A model generated the notes under the pieces. That model worked only from the letters and a program-made list of their open reading frames with translations. It had not been told where the DNA came from and ran no database searches. 63,168 nt of DNA, from IMG/VR virus record IMGVR_UViG_2526164633_000022, positions 1-63,168 of that record; one strand, 5' to 3'. The position numbers and the translations under genes are program-made. The DNA is from a virus. Taxonomy: Duplodnaviria > Heunggongvirae > Uroviricota > Caudoviricetes. Below are positions 51,991 through 63,115 of this stretch, one piece after another (the stretch's first letter is position 1; each line of letters opens with the position of its first letter).

Positions 51991-52887
51991 ATGACCACTA
52001 TTACCAAAGAACGTATTGAATTGTTCATTAAAAATCCGCTTGAAAACGGGCTTACCCGTGGTGAACAAATGGAACTGGCACGGATTGCGCTGGCATCGCT
52101 GGAAGCAGATCCAGTTAAACGAGTTAACTCAGATCAGATGCGCCGAGTCTGCTTAGAAGCTAATCGCCATTTAGATAAATATGACGCGATGGCGAAAGAG
52201 GTAAATAAGTTGCTTGGACGCATCGCCCCGCCAGCGCCGGTAGTGCCGGAAGAAGCAACTCCGGAAAACGTAGAAATGCTCTCTGGCTATGTTTCCACGT
52301 ACAAATTAACCGATAGCGAGCGCGATATTGCTGCCGAAATATGGAACGCCTGCCGCACCGCCATGCTTCAGTCCGGAAACTTTCGGGAAAGCAAGAATTC
52401 GTCAACCAATAATTTTCGGGAAATCGCGGAAACGTCAACCAACTATCCGGTAATTCCTAGTGAGGTGTTGTCCGCAATCTTGAAGGTTGCCAAGATTCGT
52501 GCCGATTTCGATGATTTTGACGGTGACAGGCGAGGTATCGGTGATTGTCTGGATGAGGCTGAGCAAGAGCTTTTCGTTACCATTAACAAATATGCCAGTC
52601 AGTTGGCAGCAGAACCTATAGCGCCTAATGACGTTCGAGAGCAGACAGCCATTCCGCAAGTTCCGGTAACTCCGGATGGTTGGATAAGCTGTAGTGAGCG
52701 AATGCCGGATAGCAAAACAGCCGTTCTTGTTGCCAGGGAGTTTGATAGGAAAGGTGACTGGCGAATGAAATGGGCGACTTACATACCGGGGTATCCTGAC
52801 GCTAATGATGGTTGGATAATTCCTGGTGCGTCGTGGAAACCGTCACACTGGATGCCGCTACCAGAACCGCCGCAGGAGGCGAAATGA
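51991..52887 (+). CDS. Protein with C-terminal DUF551-like domain
   Basis: 298 aa; C-terminus DGWISCSERMPDSKTAVLVA...WKPSHWMPLPEPP. Confidence 0.55.
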   Translation: MTTITKERIELFIKNPLENGLTRGEQMELARIALASLEADPVKRVNSDQMRRVCLEANRHLDKYDAMAKEVNKLLGRIAPPAPVVPEEATPENVEMLSGYVSTYKLTDSERDIAAEIWNACRTAMLQSGNFRESKNSSTNNFREIAETSTNYPVIPSEVLSAILKVAKIRADFDDFDGDRRGIGDCLDEAEQELFVTINKYASQLAAEPIAPNDVREQTAIPQVPVTPDGWISCSERMPDSKTAVLVAREFDRKGDWRMKWATYIPGYPDANDGWIIPGASWKPSHWMPLPEPPQEAK

Positions 52888-53144
52888 TGAATGTAAAAGA
52901 GAAGGTTTTGCAGGTGATGCGTTCCCGGGCTGCCCTGCAAGATAAAGCTCTCGGCGGGGAATATCCATTCAGGATGGCAACCTGGAATCTGCGGTTGGCA
53001 ATGGAGAAGGAATTTCCTGATGAAGAATGGCGTTCGGCAGATTTGCGCAAAATTCTTATGGAGATGGCTAAAGACGGAACAGTATCCAAAGATACCCATG
53101 CCAGCCGGATTGGTCAGGCGGTATGGAGACTGGAGGTGAGATAA
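52884..53144 (+). CDS. Small hypothetical protein
   Basis: Start MMNVKEK, ATGA overlap with upstream stop. Confidence 0.45.
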   Translation: MMNVKEKVLQVMRSRAALQDKALGGEYPFRMATWNLRLAMEKEFPDEEWRSADLRKILMEMAKDGTVSKDTHASRIGQAVWRLEVR

Positions 53145-53211
53145 TGAGCTGGCCTGAAGCATTCGCAACGGTAGGAATTGTGATGGCGGCAGCACTGGGT
53201 TTGTATTCAAT

Positions 53212-53463
53212 TTGTCGCTGGTGGTAACGATGGGAAAAATAACTTTTGTAGTCGAATTTGAGGATGGCAAAGAGCCACCTGTTAGCGCCAATCTTGATGT
53301 TGCTGGTGGCAGGCTTGTTTCGGTTCTATTTGGTGACTACCGAGATGATTTCTTCCAACCAGAAGAAGTTGATGTGGTGCGAGAGGCATTAAACGAGTTA
53401 AGTGTTGATAACGATGATGCTCATGCGGAAATCATCCAAAAAATGGAACTGCTAACTCACTAA
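53212..53463 (+). CDS. Small acidic hypothetical protein
   Basis: 83-aa ORF. Confidence 0.4.
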   Translation: MSLVVTMGKITFVVEFEDGKEPPVSANLDVAGGRLVSVLFGDYRDDFFQPEEVDVVREALNELSVDNDDAHAEIIQKMELLTH

Positions 53464-53638
53464 ATTATCAATTATGGTGCTATCACCTACGACACCGAGA
53501 GAAAATTTATAATGTCAAAAGTAAATGTTTTGATTTTTTCAGCAATTGTTGGCTTTGGTTTTACTGCCGGAGTGCAGATTTATATTACGTGGGAAAAAAT
53601 CATCAACTACGCATGGAGTTGTTTTATTAAGTGAGGTA

Positions 53639-53935
53639 GGTATGTGGAGAGGTAATAGTCATGGCAAAAGCCAGATGATACTTACCGAATATCAGTTTGA
53701 CCATAAAACCAATAAATCACGTTCAGTATATTTGCTTCGGCACAATAGCCGCGTAAGGAATACCGTGCTGGAGCAAAATCTGACTGTTGAAATGGATAAT
53801 TACGGGGGCTTCAAGCCAACAATTTCGCTTGATGATTTTCCTCGTGGTTTAAGCGAAAGAGAAGCAATGCTGAAATTAGCAGAATGGCTACAAAGATTAA
53901 GCATTGCTATTGAAGATAACTGGTCTGAACCTTAA
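53639..53935 (+). CDS. Small hypothetical protein
   Basis: Start at MWRGNSHG after GAGGTAGG RBS (track ORF 53546..53935). Confidence 0.4.
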   Translation, partial: GMWRGNSHGKSQMILTEYQFDHKTNKSRSVYLLRHNSRVRNTVLEQNLTVEMDNYGGFKPTISLDDFPRGLSEREAMLKLAEWLQRLSIAIEDNWSEP

Positions 53936-53941
53936 ATTTAT

Positions 53942-54316
53942 ATGATGACACTAAAACATTTTCTTGACCGCCCATTATGGGCGGCAGCCGCAGGCTATGA
54001 CTTTAATTATATGGATTGCATGTCTTATACCGCCAATGCATACGACCATTCCTTCAGTCTGCTGTTTAATTCTTTAAGAATATTGCCGCAAACAGAAGTT
54101 GGAGAGCTTCATTTATGGCTATTGGGCTTTATCGCGGCTGGAGTTGGTATTGCTGTATGGCCTTTTATTTTCTGGTTGGTGGCTGTTGTAGTGTGGTTTA
54201 AGTGCAAGACGTACCGGAAAAAGTATTTCTTAGGTGATGGAATGACTGATATTGCCAAAATGAACATTGAAAAATGGACTAAGGAATGTGAAAAGAAATG
54301 GCGCAAAAAGAAATGA
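53942..54316 (+). CDS. Small membrane protein
   Basis: 124 aa; hydrophobic LWLLGFIAAGVGIAVWPFIFWLVAVVVWF; Lys-rich tail. Confidence 0.45.
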   Translation: MMTLKHFLDRPLWAAAAGYDFNYMDCMSYTANAYDHSFSLLFNSLRILPQTEVGELHLWLLGFIAAGVGIAVWPFIFWLVAVVVWFKCKTYRKKYFLGDGMTDIAKMNIEKWTKECEKKWRKKK

Positions 54317-54948
54317 CCAGAATCACTGAAGAGCGCATATCAGAGATTATTTCCCGTATCGAAATGTATGGTCACGGTGCTGGATATACGGCAGATGAAG
54401 TATTGGAAATAGCCCAGCAGATGCTGGCCTTGAGACAAAAAGAGCAACATGAAAGTAATACGTGTAGATTGAATTTTGAGCATTGGCTGGAACAGCAACG
54501 CGGGAAAATCGATGTGGACTGTGGTTGTGTGTCCACTGAAACATTCATGCACTGGCTGCGGGTAGCTTACGAGGCTGGCAACTATCCGGATATTCCGGAT
54601 AGTTCGGTGCCAGCACCAGGAAAGGGCGTCACCGGTGAACGTATCCGAATTAAGCCGCATGTTTATCGCGAACTGGTTAACCGTCTCCACGATACAGCGA
54701 TCAAGTGTGCTGGCACCCAGCAATTACGAGAAAGAATTAGCCGTGTTTTGGGCGACGTTATTACACCAGATCATCATAAACAAGCCGAGAAAAGTGGCCT
54801 GGAAAGGTGTCGCCTTGAGGCGGCATTAAACATTAAGCCGGGGCATACGCTTGGCATTATTGATGCACTATTGGTTCATAAGATGGCCAGGGCTTTATTG
54901 CCGCTGGTGGCTGAAAAGCATGAGGTGGACCATGCCAACGAAAGCTGA
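54298..54948 (+). CDS. Hypothetical protein
   Basis: 216-aa ORF. Confidence 0.5.
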   Translation: MAQKEMTRITEERISEIISRIEMYGHGAGYTADEVLEIAQQMLALRQKEQHESNTCRLNFEHWLEQQRGKIDVDCGCVSTETFMHWLRVAYEAGNYPDIPDSSVPAPGKGVTGERIRIKPHVYRELVNRLHDTAIKCAGTQQLRERISRVLGDVITPDHHKQAEKSGLERCRLEAALNIKPGHTLGIIDALLVHKMARALLPLVAEKHEVDHANES

Positions 54949-55216
54949 ATTACAGGTGCGCGTAGATGAGCTTGAAAAAGAGAACGCGAGCCTCAAAAAA
55001 ATGCTGTCGCGGGCGGAAAGGGAATTATCAGGCAAATTATTGCCAGAAGAACTGCCACCAGCAGATATACCTGATCGAGTGTCCTGGTGGATGAAGTATT
55101 TCCGTGCACCGTGGGAGGCGTTTTGGTGCTACGACCATCGCAGATGGTGTGATGAACTTGATAGCAATTTTCCCTACTTTGCGGAAGGGAACACCTGCCC
55201 TCAATGCAGGGGATAG
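54935..55216 (+). CDS. Small coiled-coil / Cys-containing protein
   Basis: Start at MPTKAELQVRVDELEKE; C-terminal CPQC. Confidence 0.4.
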   Translation, partial: PTKAELQVRVDELEKENASLKKMLSRAERELSGKLLPEELPPADIPDRVSWWMKYFRAPWEAFWCYDHRRWCDELDSNFPYFAEGNTCPQCRG

Positions 55217-55551
55217 CATTTGACGAAATCGATCACCCTATCCTGAACTTCAGAAAGAAGGTCTTTTTCACGCGCCAGGACGTCAGGATATTGACGTTCT
55301 GGCCTTACCAGATGCCGGAGCTTCCCATTAAGCAGAATGGCCTCAGAAAACACTTTTACGCTGTGCTTTATCCCCTCTGTTTCACTTTTCAGCGTAAAAA
55401 TAAAGCGCAATTGCTTATTAGCCTGATTCGGATTCAATACACGAATTTGCAGTTCGTCTATGCTGTTTCGCAATGGGATTGATGCCACCACACTGGTGCA
55501 GTCTCTGATTGTCTGAATTGAACGGCTAACATTGAGAACGTTATTGTGCAT
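55201..55551 (-). CDS. Hypothetical protein (only minus-strand gene in this region)
   Basis: 116-aa ORF divergent from hot; GGAG 5' of start. Confidence 0.4.
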   Translation of the reverse strand: MHNNVLNVSRSIQTIRDCTSVVASIPLRNSIDELQIRVLNPNQANKQLRFIFTLKSETEGIKHSVKVFSEAILLNGKLRHLVRPERQYPDVLAREKDLLSEVQDRVIDFVKCYPLH

Positions 55552-55583
55552 GTGCCTGATCCACTAACTCCTGGAGGTTTCTT

Positions 55584-55835
55584 GTGTCAGATCGAAATAT
55601 AGCAGCTAAAAGCCAGGAAGAGCGAGACAAGGTGAACGTAGACCTTGCCGCCAGCGGCGTTGCTTACAAAGAACGGCTGAATATACCTGTGATTGCAGAG
55701 CAGGTGGCCCGTGAGCAACCGGAAAACCTGCGCGCCTATTTCATGGAACGGCTACGGCACTACCGGCAGTTAAGCCTCCAGTTGCCAAAAGGGAGCGATC
55801 CGGTGTATCAGAACGAGGATGCACCAAAAAAATAA
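55584..55835 (+). CDS. hot: Homologue of DNA polymerase III theta subunit
   Basis: GTG start after GGAGG; [46 protein letters not shown] aligns with recalled E. coli HolE. Confidence 0.8.
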   Translation: MSDRNIAAKSQEERDKVNVDLAASGVAYKERLNIPVIAEQVAREQPENLRAYFMERLRHYRQLSLQLPKGSDPVYQNEDAPKK

Positions 55836-55920
55836 CGGCAAGATGGGGGAGAAATGTGATTAGCCCCCAGCGTGGCGCGCCTACAAACCCCGCTTTCACA
55901 AACTATGCCTTTTCAATGTA

Positions 55921-55940
55921 TACTGTATGAATAAACAGTA
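55921..55940 (+). promoter_or_regulatory. LexA box upstream of humD
   Basis: TACTGTATGAATAAACAGTA fits CTGT-N8-ACAG. Confidence 0.75.
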
Positions 55941-55958
55941 TCATTGAGGTAAAACGCT

Positions 55959-56348
55959 ATGGGCTTCCCTTCTCCTGCGGCGGATTATGTTGAAAGCCGA
56001 ATTTCTCTTGATCAGCAGATAATTAGACATCCTTCAGCGACCTACTTCATGCGGGCAGCTGATAGCCATCACCGTGAGGGAATATTGCAGGGAGCTTTGC
56101 TGGTGGTTGATTCCTCGCTTACTCCGGTTGATGGTTCTCTGCTTGTGTGCGCTATGGAGGGTGAATATCGCATAAAGAGATACCGAAAGTATCCGCGCCA
56201 GCACCTGGAGGATTTAAGCACCGGGAAGAAAGAGGCGTTACCAGTAGATGACGATGGATGCACGGGAAGTAATGCTGTTTTTGGTGTGATCACTCATGTC
56301 ATCAATGATGCCCGAAGTGGGGAATTTGATGATTGTCCGGTCATTTAA
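55959..56348 (+). CDS. humD: UmuD'-like protein (S24 peptidase fold)
   Basis: 129 aa; ...LLVVDSSLTPVDGSLLVCAMEGEYRIKRY...VFGVITHVIN resembles UmuD C-terminal domain. Confidence 0.75.
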   Translation: MGFPSPAADYVESRISLDQQIIRHPSATYFMRAADSHHREGILQGALLVVDSSLTPVDGSLLVCAMEGEYRIKRYRKYPRQHLEDLSTGKKEALPVDDDGCTGSNAVFGVITHVINDARSGEFDDCPVI

Positions 56349-56420
56349 GCTGCAAAGGGCTGGTGCTTTATGCCTGTGAGGTTTATAATTGTGTACACAT
56401 AACGAGTACACGAGGTGTTT

Positions 56421-56642
56421 ATGCAATCCATTAACTTCCGTACCGCGCGCGGCAACCTTTCTGAAGTGCTCAACAATGTTGAAGCCGGGGAAGAGGTTGA
56501 AATCACTCGCAGAGGCCGTGAGCCAGCAGTAATTGTCAGCAAGGCTACTTTCGAAGCCTACAAAAAAGCGGCGCTGGATGCTGAATTTGCATCCCTGTTT
56601 GACACCCTGGACTCCACCAACAAGGAACTGGTTAACCGATAA
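56421..56642 (+). CDS. phd: Phd antitoxin
   Basis: 73 aa [49 protein letters not shown]...; TAATG overlap with doc. Confidence 0.9.
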   Translation: MQSINFRTARGNLSEVLNNVEAGEEVEITRRGREPAVIVSKATFEAYKKAALDAEFASLFDTLDSTNKELVNR

Positions 56643-57022
56643 TGAGGCATATATCACCGGAAGAACTTATTGCGCTTCATGATGCGAATATAAACCGCTA
56701 CGGCGGCCTGCCGGGAATGTCAGATCCGGGTAGGGCAGAGGCCATTATCGGGAGAGTTCAGGCCAGAGTTGCCTACGAAGATATCACCGACCTTTTCGAA
56801 GTCTCCGCCACCTACCTGGTGGCTACTGCGAGAGGGCATATATTCAATGATGCCAATAAGCGTACCGCGCTAAACAGTGCGCTGCTATTTCTACGCCGTA
56901 ACGGGGTGCAGGTATTTGATTCACCAGAACTGGCAGACCTTACCGTAGGGGCTGCGACCGGAGAGATATCTGTATCTTCTGTCGCCGACACGTTACGTAG
57001 ATTGTATGGTTCTGCGGAGTAG
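56642..57022 (+). CDS. doc: Doc toxin (Fic-fold kinase)
   Basis: 126 aa; motif [11 protein letters not shown]. Confidence 0.9.
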   Translation: MRHISPEELIALHDANINRYGGLPGMSDPGRAEAIIGRVQARVAYEDITDLFEVSATYLVATARGHIFNDANKRTALNSALLFLRRNGVQVFDSPELADLTVGAATGEISVSSVADTLRRLYGSAE

Positions 57023-57206
57023 ATTAATGGCACGTAAATACAACAAGTTGTCCCGTGAAGCGTTAAAGATGCTTCTTGATGGCGTGAGTCGCCGCGAGGT
57101 AAAGCAATACCTGGTTGGTAAGCAAGTTGGTGTCAGGACCGCTATTGCTGTGTTATGCCGTCAGGAAATGGTTGTGCTTAAACAGAGAATGCCGGGCAGC
57201 AGATAA
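57006..57206 (+). CDS. Small protein downstream of doc
   Basis: 66-aa ORF overlapping doc 3' end. Confidence 0.4.
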   Translation: MVLRSRLMARKYNKLSREALKMLLDGVSRREVKQYLVGKQVGVRTAIAVLCRQEMVVLKQRMPGSR

Positions 57207-57233
57207 AGCCCAATCAGTGATGAAAGGTGTGAT

Positions 57234-58277
57234 GTGAAAGCCGTAATTACTCCCTTTGTACAAAAAGAGCTTGGCGTCGCCACATTCAAAGTGGATCAGG
57301 AGGTCAGAAAGCTGGTGGAGGCTGGCCGTAAATTTATTATGGAGCCGGTGCCGCGTGAGTTAATCGAGCACATGGACGACGGCCTCGTTGTTTCCGAGCA
57401 AACTATGGCAACAAATGAGGCGTTGCAGCCGTTTTTTAACAGCGATGAACTGTTTTGCCGTATTGGTGGGATTGACTCGCTGGTGGCGTGGTTGCGCAGG
57501 AAAGAGGGGCAATGCCAGGCCGCAGATCGTAGTTGGTGTGACAACCATATTGTCCACGCTGAACGAGACAATAGCGCGGTGTTGTTGTGCTGGCATCACG
57601 ATAACCATTACCGGATGCGTGGTTTTAATGAGCTGAAAGAAACGCTGCATAATAATCGCGTTAACTGGATACTGGATGTCGCCCGTCAGGAAATGGGGCT
57701 TTCAGATGGCCATGATTTAAGTATTCAGGAACTGTGCTGGTGGGCTTTCATGCGCAACATGATGCACCTGATGCCGGAAGAAGTTTGCCGTATATCAATA
57801 AATAAGATGAAAGCCGCAACGCAGGATAGCGGACCTCTGAAAGAGGCGGATATTCGCCCGTATGACGATCGCGCTACAGCATATGTTCAGATGATGGAAG
57901 AACGCGCCGCGCCGATGCGTGCAAAAGTATGCCCTGTGGATGTTGACTCCGACCCTGGCATGGCGCATTTCAAAATACCAAAACTGCAATCGCTAAAATT
58001 ACCTGAGTACATGGACTTTGTTGCTTCCCGTCCATGCTGTGGGTGTGGAGCGGCGGGAGCTGGCGCTCACATTACGCCTTATATCGTTCGTCATAGTCGA
58101 TTATGCGCGCATGACATTTACGCAATTCCTCTGTGCCAGTCATGCCAGCGTGATATTGAGCGTGACCGCGATAATTGGGAGAAGACGCACGGTAGGCTGG
58201 CGATGCATCAACGATTGTTCTTTGATTACGCGCTTGGAGTCGGCGCTATCACAAGTCACTCGTCGAGCGTTAGATAA
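57234..58277 (+). CDS. Hypothetical Cys/His-rich protein downstream of doc
   Basis: 347-aa ORF. Confidence 0.5.
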   Translation: MKAVITPFVQKELGVATFKVDQEVRKLVEAGRKFIMEPVPRELIEHMDDGLVVSEQTMATNEALQPFFNSDELFCRIGGIDSLVAWLRRKEGQCQAADRSWCDNHIVHAERDNSAVLLCWHHDNHYRMRGFNELKETLHNNRVNWILDVARQEMGLSDGHDLSIQELCWWAFMRNMMHLMPEEVCRISINKMKAATQDSGPLKEADIRPYDDRATAYVQMMEERAAPMRAKVCPVDVDSDPGMAHFKIPKLQSLKLPEYMDFVASRPCCGCGAAGAGAHITPYIVRHSRLCAHDIYAIPLCQSCQRDIERDRDNWEKTHGRLAMHQRLFFDYALGVGAITSHSSSVR

Positions 58278-58279
58278 AA

Positions 58280-58296
58280 TTGCTCTAATGTATTGC
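58280..58296 (+). promoter_or_regulatory. Degenerate C1 operator upstream of lpa
   Basis: ATTGCTCTAATGTATTG. Confidence 0.5.
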
Positions 58297-58365
58297 TATT
58301 TCTTTAATCGAGGGTATTATATTCCACGTTGATTAGTTGACATGGGCTAATCAGTAGGTGACAGG

Positions 58366-58818
58366 ATGTTACTTAACTGGCAGGGACGCCACTTCATGGA
58401 AATAAATCACTCACGAATAACATCGTACGAGATTGCGGATTACATGATCCGCACTAAATCTCTTCTATCAGCGAAAGAACTCGCAGCAATTCTTGAAAAG
58501 GAATACCCGCATCTGGATGCCGATAAGCGCGATGTTTATCTGCGCTTAAAGGCTATCGCTGTGTCTAAGTATTCGTCTGTTTTGATTGATGACAGTACAC
58601 GCCCACGTAGATTTCAGATCCACTCTCTGAATCCTGAATTCTTTCGCCGTAGCCGCGCTCCGCGCCGGTTTGATGAAAAACTCCAGAACGAACTCTATAT
58701 GACGCAGGACGAAAAGGAACGCCGGGAGCACCAGCCTTGGGTAATGGCGCGTCAACTTTTCAATAAGGTGGCCCGTCAGCACCGTCATTACGGTAATGCC
58801 ACATCCGCACGTATCTGA
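58366..58818 (+). CDS. lpa: Late promoter activator-like protein
   Basis: 150-aa basic protein between an operator and pacA, as recalled for P1 Lpa; start may be at MEINHSR (58396). Confidence 0.5.
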   Translation: MLLNWQGRHFMEINHSRITSYEIADYMIRTKSLLSAKELAAILEKEYPHLDADKRDVYLRLKAIAVSKYSSVLIDDSTRPRRFQIHSLNPEFFRRSRAPRRFDEKLQNELYMTQDEKERREHQPWVMARQLFNKVARQHRHYGNATSARI

Positions 58819-58903
58819 TTGATTGCTTGCCCGTTCCGGGCCTTTTGACATGTGACTTTCGTTACCCTCGCGTCAAAAAGAGTTTTTACGAAAGGAAGCA
58901 TAA

Positions 58904-60097
58904 GTGACCTGGGACGATCACAAGAAGAATTTTGCTCGCCTGGCGCGAGATGGTGGTTACACCATCGCACAGTATGCCGCCGAGTTTAATCTTAACCCTA
59001 ATACTGCACGTCGTTATCTCCGTGCCTTCAAAGAAGACACCAGGACAGCGGACAGCCGCAAGCCAAATAAGCCAGTCAGGAAGCCACTAAAAAGCATGAT
59101 CATTGATCACTCTAATGATCAACATGCAGGTGATCACATTGCGGCTGAAATAGCGGAAAAACAAAGGGTTAATGCCGTTGTCAGTGCCGCAGTCGAGAAT
59201 GCGAAGCGCCAAAATAAGCGCATAAATGATCGTTCTGATGATCATGACGTGATCACCCGCGCCCACCGGACCTTACGTGATCGCCTGGAACGCGACACCC
59301 TGGATGATGATGGTGAACGCTTTGAATTCGAAGCTGGCGATTACCTGATAGATAACGTTGAAGCGCGGAAGGCCGCGCGCGCTATGTTGCGTCGGTCCGG
59401 GGCCGATGTTCTGGAAACCACTCTTCTGGAAAAGTCTCTTTCTCATCTCCTTATGCTGGAGAACGCCAGGGATACGTGTATTCGTCTGGTGCAGGAAATG
59501 CGCGATCAGCAAAAAGACGATGATGAAGGGACTCCGCCTGAATATCGTATCGCGAGCATGCTAAACAGCTGTTCCGCGCAGATAAGCAGCCTGATCAACA
59601 CCATTTACAGCATCCGGAATAACTATCGAAAAGAAAGCCGGGAGGCGGAAAAGCACGCTTTATCTATGGGGCAAGCTGGCATTGTTAAGCTGGCATACGA
59701 ACGAAAGCGTGAAAATAACTGGTCAGTGCTGGAAGCAGCTGAATTCATCGAGGCGCATGGCGGAAAAGTGCCGCCCCTGATGCTGGAGCAAATCAAAGCC
59801 GATCTGCGTGCTCCTAAGACCAATACCGATGATGAGGAAAGGCAAACAGCCGTCGGTGGCCCTTCTCTTGAAGATCTGGACAAAGTTGCGCGAGAACGGG
59901 CCGCCAACCGCCGCGCCGATGCCGCATTGTGGATTGAGCAGCGTAGGGAAGAAATCGCCGATATCGTTGATACAGGCGGTTATGGAGATGTTGATACTGA
60001 AGGTGCATCAAACGACCCATGGCTGGAACAAGACCTGGACGAAGACGAGGAGGAAGATGAAGAAGTTACCCGCAAGCTATACGGGGATGATGATTAA
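58904..60097 (+). CDS. pacA: Packaging protein PacA (terminase small subunit)
   Basis: GTG start after AAAGGAAG; contains pac hexamer clusters; acidic C-terminus. Confidence 0.8.
   Translation: MTWDDHKKNFARLARDGGYTIAQYAAEFNLNPNTARRYLRAFKEDTRTADSRKPNKPVRKPLKSMIIDHSNDQHAGDHIAAEIAEKQRVNAVVSAAVENAKRQNKRINDRSDDHDVITRAHRTLRDRLERDTLDDDGERFEFEAGDYLIDNVEARKAARAMLRRSGADVLETTLLEKSLSHLLMLENARDTCIRLVQEMRDQQKDDDEGTPPEYRIASMLNSCSAQISSLINTIYSIRNNYRKESREAEKHALSMGQAGIVKLAYERKRENNWSVLEAAEFIEAHGGKVPPLMLEQIKADLRAPKTNTDDEERQTAVGGPSLEDLDKVARERAANRRADAALWIEQRREEIADIVDTGGYGDVDTEGASNDPWLEQDLDEDEEEDEEVTRKLYGDDD
59097..59283 (+). other. pac site: two clusters of TGATCA/G hexamers
   Basis: TGATCA at 59097, 59104, 59116, 59131 and TGATC(A/G) at 59227, 59239, 59252, 59278; each has a GATC Dam site. 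Confidence 0.8.
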
Positions 60098-61581
60098 TGG
60101 CCAGAAGTTGCGTAACGGATCCACGTTGGCGCGAGCTGGTGGCGCTATATCGTTATGACTGGATTGCTGCCGCTGATGTTTTGTTCGGCAAAACACCTAC
60201 CTGGCAGCAGGATCTGATTATTGAGTCTGTGCAGGAACAGGGTAGCAAGACATCTGTTTCGTCTGGTCACGGTACCGGGAAATCAGACATGACTTCTATC
60301 ATGATCATGTTGTTCATAATCATGTATCCCGGTGCCCGCGCCATTATCGTTGCGAACAAAATTCAGCAGGTAATGACCGGTATATTCAAGTACATCAAGA
60401 TAAACTGGGCTACTGCCACCAGCCGTTTTCCATGGCTTGCTGATTATTTTGTTCTGACAGAAACCGCTTTCTATGAGGTTACTGGTAAAGGTGTATGGAC
60501 TGTAGTACCGAAGGGCTTTCGTCTGGGAAGTGAAGAAGCTCTCGCCGGTGAACACGCAGATCATCTTCTGTATATTATCGATGAAGCCTCCGGTGTCAGT
60601 GATAGAGCTTTCGGTATCATCACCGGTGCTCTTACCGGACAGGATAACCGCATCTTATTACTGTCACAGCCTACACGCCCAAGCGGCTATTTCTACGATA
60701 CTCACCATAAACTGGCCAAGCGTCCTGGTAACCCTGATGGCGTTTATACGGCGATCACGCTTAACAGTGAGGAATCACCGCTGGTAACGCCAGCATTTAT
60801 CAAAATGAAGCTGGCGGAGTACGGCGGGCGTGATAACCCTATGTACATGATTAAGGTACGCGGACTATTCCCTAAATCACAGGATGGCTTCCTTCTTGGA
60901 CGTGATGAGGTTGAACGTGCGACGCGGCGGAAAGTCAAGATTGCCAAAGGATGGGGCTGGCTTGCATGTGTGGACGTTGCTGGTGGTACGGGACGGGATA
61001 AGTCCGTTATCAATATCATGATGGTGTCCGGCCAGAGAAATAAACGCCGTGTAATCAACTATCGAATGCGGGAATACACAGACGTTACAGAAACGCAGCT
61101 TGCCGCCAAAATTTTCGCAGAATGTAATCCTGAGCGATTCCCAAATATCACCATAGCGATAGACGGCGATGGGCTGGGTAAAGCAACGGCGGATCTGATG
61201 TACGAGTATTATGGTATTACCGTACAGCGTATACGCTGGGGTAAAAAGATGCATAGCCGTGAAGATAAGAGCCTGTACTTTGATAAACGTGCTTATGCCA
61301 ACGTTCAAGCCGCAGAGGCCGTAAAATCAGGTCGTATGAGACTGGATAAGGGTAATGAAACTATTGAGGAAGCGTCGAAAATCCCTGTAGGGATTAACTC
61401 CGCCGGTCAATGGAAGGTGATGAGTAAGGAGGATATGAAGAAAAAACTCAACCTGCACTCACCAGACCATTGGGATACATATTGTTTCGCTATGCTGGCG
61501 GATTATGTTCCCCAGGATGAAGTGCTTAGCGTCGAAGACGAAGCGCAGGTTGATGAAGCTCTGGCATGGCTTAATGAATAA
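60097..61581 (+). CDS. pacB: Packaging protein PacB (terminase large subunit)
   Basis: 494 aa; Walker A-like [10 protein letters not shown]; acidic cluster IIDEASG. Confidence 0.85.
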   Translation: MARSCVTDPRWRELVALYRYDWIAAADVLFGKTPTWQQDLIIESVQEQGSKTSVSSGHGTGKSDMTSIMIMLFIIMYPGARAIIVANKIQQVMTGIFKYIKINWATATSRFPWLADYFVLTETAFYEVTGKGVWTVVPKGFRLGSEEALAGEHADHLLYIIDEASGVSDRAFGIITGALTGQDNRILLLSQPTRPSGYFYDTHHKLAKRPGNPDGVYTAITLNSEESPLVTPAFIKMKLAEYGGRDNPMYMIKVRGLFPKSQDGFLLGRDEVERATRRKVKIAKGWGWLACVDVAGGTGRDKSVINIMMVSGQRNKRRVINYRMREYTDVTETQLAAKIFAECNPERFPNITIAIDGDGLGKATADLMYEYYGITVQRIRWGKKMHSREDKSLYFDKRAYANVQAAEAVKSGRMRLDKGNETIEEASKIPVGINSAGQWKVMSKEDMKKKLNLHSPDHWDTYCFAMLADYVPQDEVLSVEDEAQVDEALAWLNE

Positions 61582-61605
61582 CTCATTGACCATGCCGGAT
61601 GGAAA

Positions 61606-62457
61606 CTATTGCGCGCTTTCGGGGTTGTCGTTTACTGGCTGCCCCTTCTTAGTTTTACGGCTGCGCGTAACTGATGCGGCTGATTTGACCTTTTTCTCTT
61701 CGCGAGTGATGGCAATTTGTTTTTTTACATTTTCAATATCTGCCAGGCGATATATTTTTGCCTGCGGCCAGCGGTCGCAGATGATCGGTTCTATAGAGTC
61801 ATAAAGGCTAAATTTTGCTTTCTCGAATTCACCGTTGATGATAATTCCATCACGGAGAGTTTCATCGCAGATAAACACACCACATAGCGGCACATGGTAA
61901 CTAACTGATTTACCATCATTGTAGTTAGGGCTACTAGAAATGTAATGGACGCGCAGCATTGTTTCGCTAAAGCCGTGTACGCGCATACGGAATTTTTCAT
62001 CCTCCGGGTACTGCTTCATTAGCTCTTTTGTTGCTTCCAGGTTCTCTATGTATTTCGCACTGTGCTCATTGATCCCTGCGCTTTTCTGGATGCGAATGTC
62101 CTTATCAATCAGATGAATAATGCGGCCAGCGGTCATGTTGACGCTGTTCACAGCTTCTGTCTGATAAGTCGTAACCTTACGCACACCGCGAAGGATGTTA
62201 GGCACTGGATATAAAATAGTCTTTGGGATATTGAGGTCTGGGTACTGTTCCAGTTCCCGCGCCATTAAAGTCCATTTATCAATTTCAGCCTGAATGCTGT
62301 CAGTTTCTTTGAACGGCAGAACGACAACCGGGCGTACAGGACGACCGTCGCTGGCGGCATCAACGTGTTGGGCGCGTGCAACAGCTTTTTTTAGAAAGAG
62401 ATCCCTGAAGCTGACGAACTCCTGGTACAGTTGTTCGCCGTAGACATAATTTATCAT
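61606..62457 (-). CDS. c1: C1 primary repressor
   Basis: 283 aa, size and position as recalled for P1 C1; flanked by operator sites. Confidence 0.85.
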   Translation of the reverse strand: MINYVYGEQLYQEFVSFRDLFLKKAVARAQHVDAASDGRPVRPVVVLPFKETDSIQAEIDKWTLMARELEQYPDLNIPKTILYPVPNILRGVRKVTTYQTEAVNSVNMTAGRIIHLIDKDIRIQKSAGINEHSAKYIENLEATKELMKQYPEDEKFRMRVHGFSETMLRVHYISSSPNYNDGKSVSYHVPLCGVFICDETLRDGIIINGEFEKAKFSLYDSIEPIICDRWPQAKIYRLADIENVKKQIAITREEKKVKSAASVTRSRKTKKGQPVNDNPESAQ

Positions 62458-62552
62458 TGATCCTCCTCCAGAATTGACATGGCCAACAACTCACAGCGGA
62501 TTACACTGGGAGTTGTTGGCCACCATTATAGAAGGATCCAACGAAAATAATA

Positions 62553-62569
62553 GATTTATTAGTGCATTT
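62553..62569 (-). promoter_or_regulatory. C1 operator-like site between coi and c1
   Basis: Reverse complement AAATGCACTAATAAATC. Confidence 0.5.
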
Positions 62570-62777
62570 ATTGTGAGTCTGGCTGGTTAGTGGCCATGAG
62601 ATATTCGATTGTGTCAGTGAGATCATCCAGGTCGTCTTGGGTGATGCGGTACTCCTGATTGGATATCTTTGAGTAGTGTTCAGCAATGGCGCGGGCAGCG
62701 TCGGTTTCGGCGGGGTCTACAGATAAAGCGTTAGAGCAATGTCTAACGTCGTCGATGGTTGGTGGAATGAAAGCCAT
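62568..62777 (-). CDS. coi: C1 inactivator Coi
   Basis: 69-aa acidic protein immediately upstream of c1. Confidence 0.7.
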   Translation of the reverse strand: MAFIPPTIDDVRHCSNALSVDPAETDAARAIAEHYSKISNQEYRITQDDLDDLTDTIEYLMATNQPDSQ

Positions 62778-63016
62778 AATTATGCCTCACTGTATTGACA
62801 ACACAGAGCCTGAAGCTCTGACCTACTGTTTCACCCATGATCCATGCTGGGGTAATCTAACAACATTGCGCTGTGTGTAAGATGAGCAATGCATAGCTGT
62901 AATGCCGTTGTATAAGGTTTCCCTGTTTGCTCATTTCCTTCTGAGCCGCTCTACAACGCTGAAGACACATTAAATAGTGAATCCAAAGTCGTATTACGAA
63001 ACGGCGGCAAAACTAT

Positions 63017-63115
63017 AATTTATTAGAGCAATTGTCAAACAACTATGAAAAACAATCCAGTTTTTGGCTGGTGGAGTGGGATTGTTCTCTCAAAATTTAT
63101 TGCTCTAATAATTCT
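63017..63115. promoter_or_regulatory. Two C1 operators upstream of coi-c1
   Basis: AATTTATTAGAGCAATT (63017-63033, reverse) and ATTGCTCTAATAATTCT (63099-63115). Confidence 0.7.

Noticed and set aside
62686-62880. Plus-strand 64-aa ORF
   Set aside because: Antisense to coi and its upstream region.
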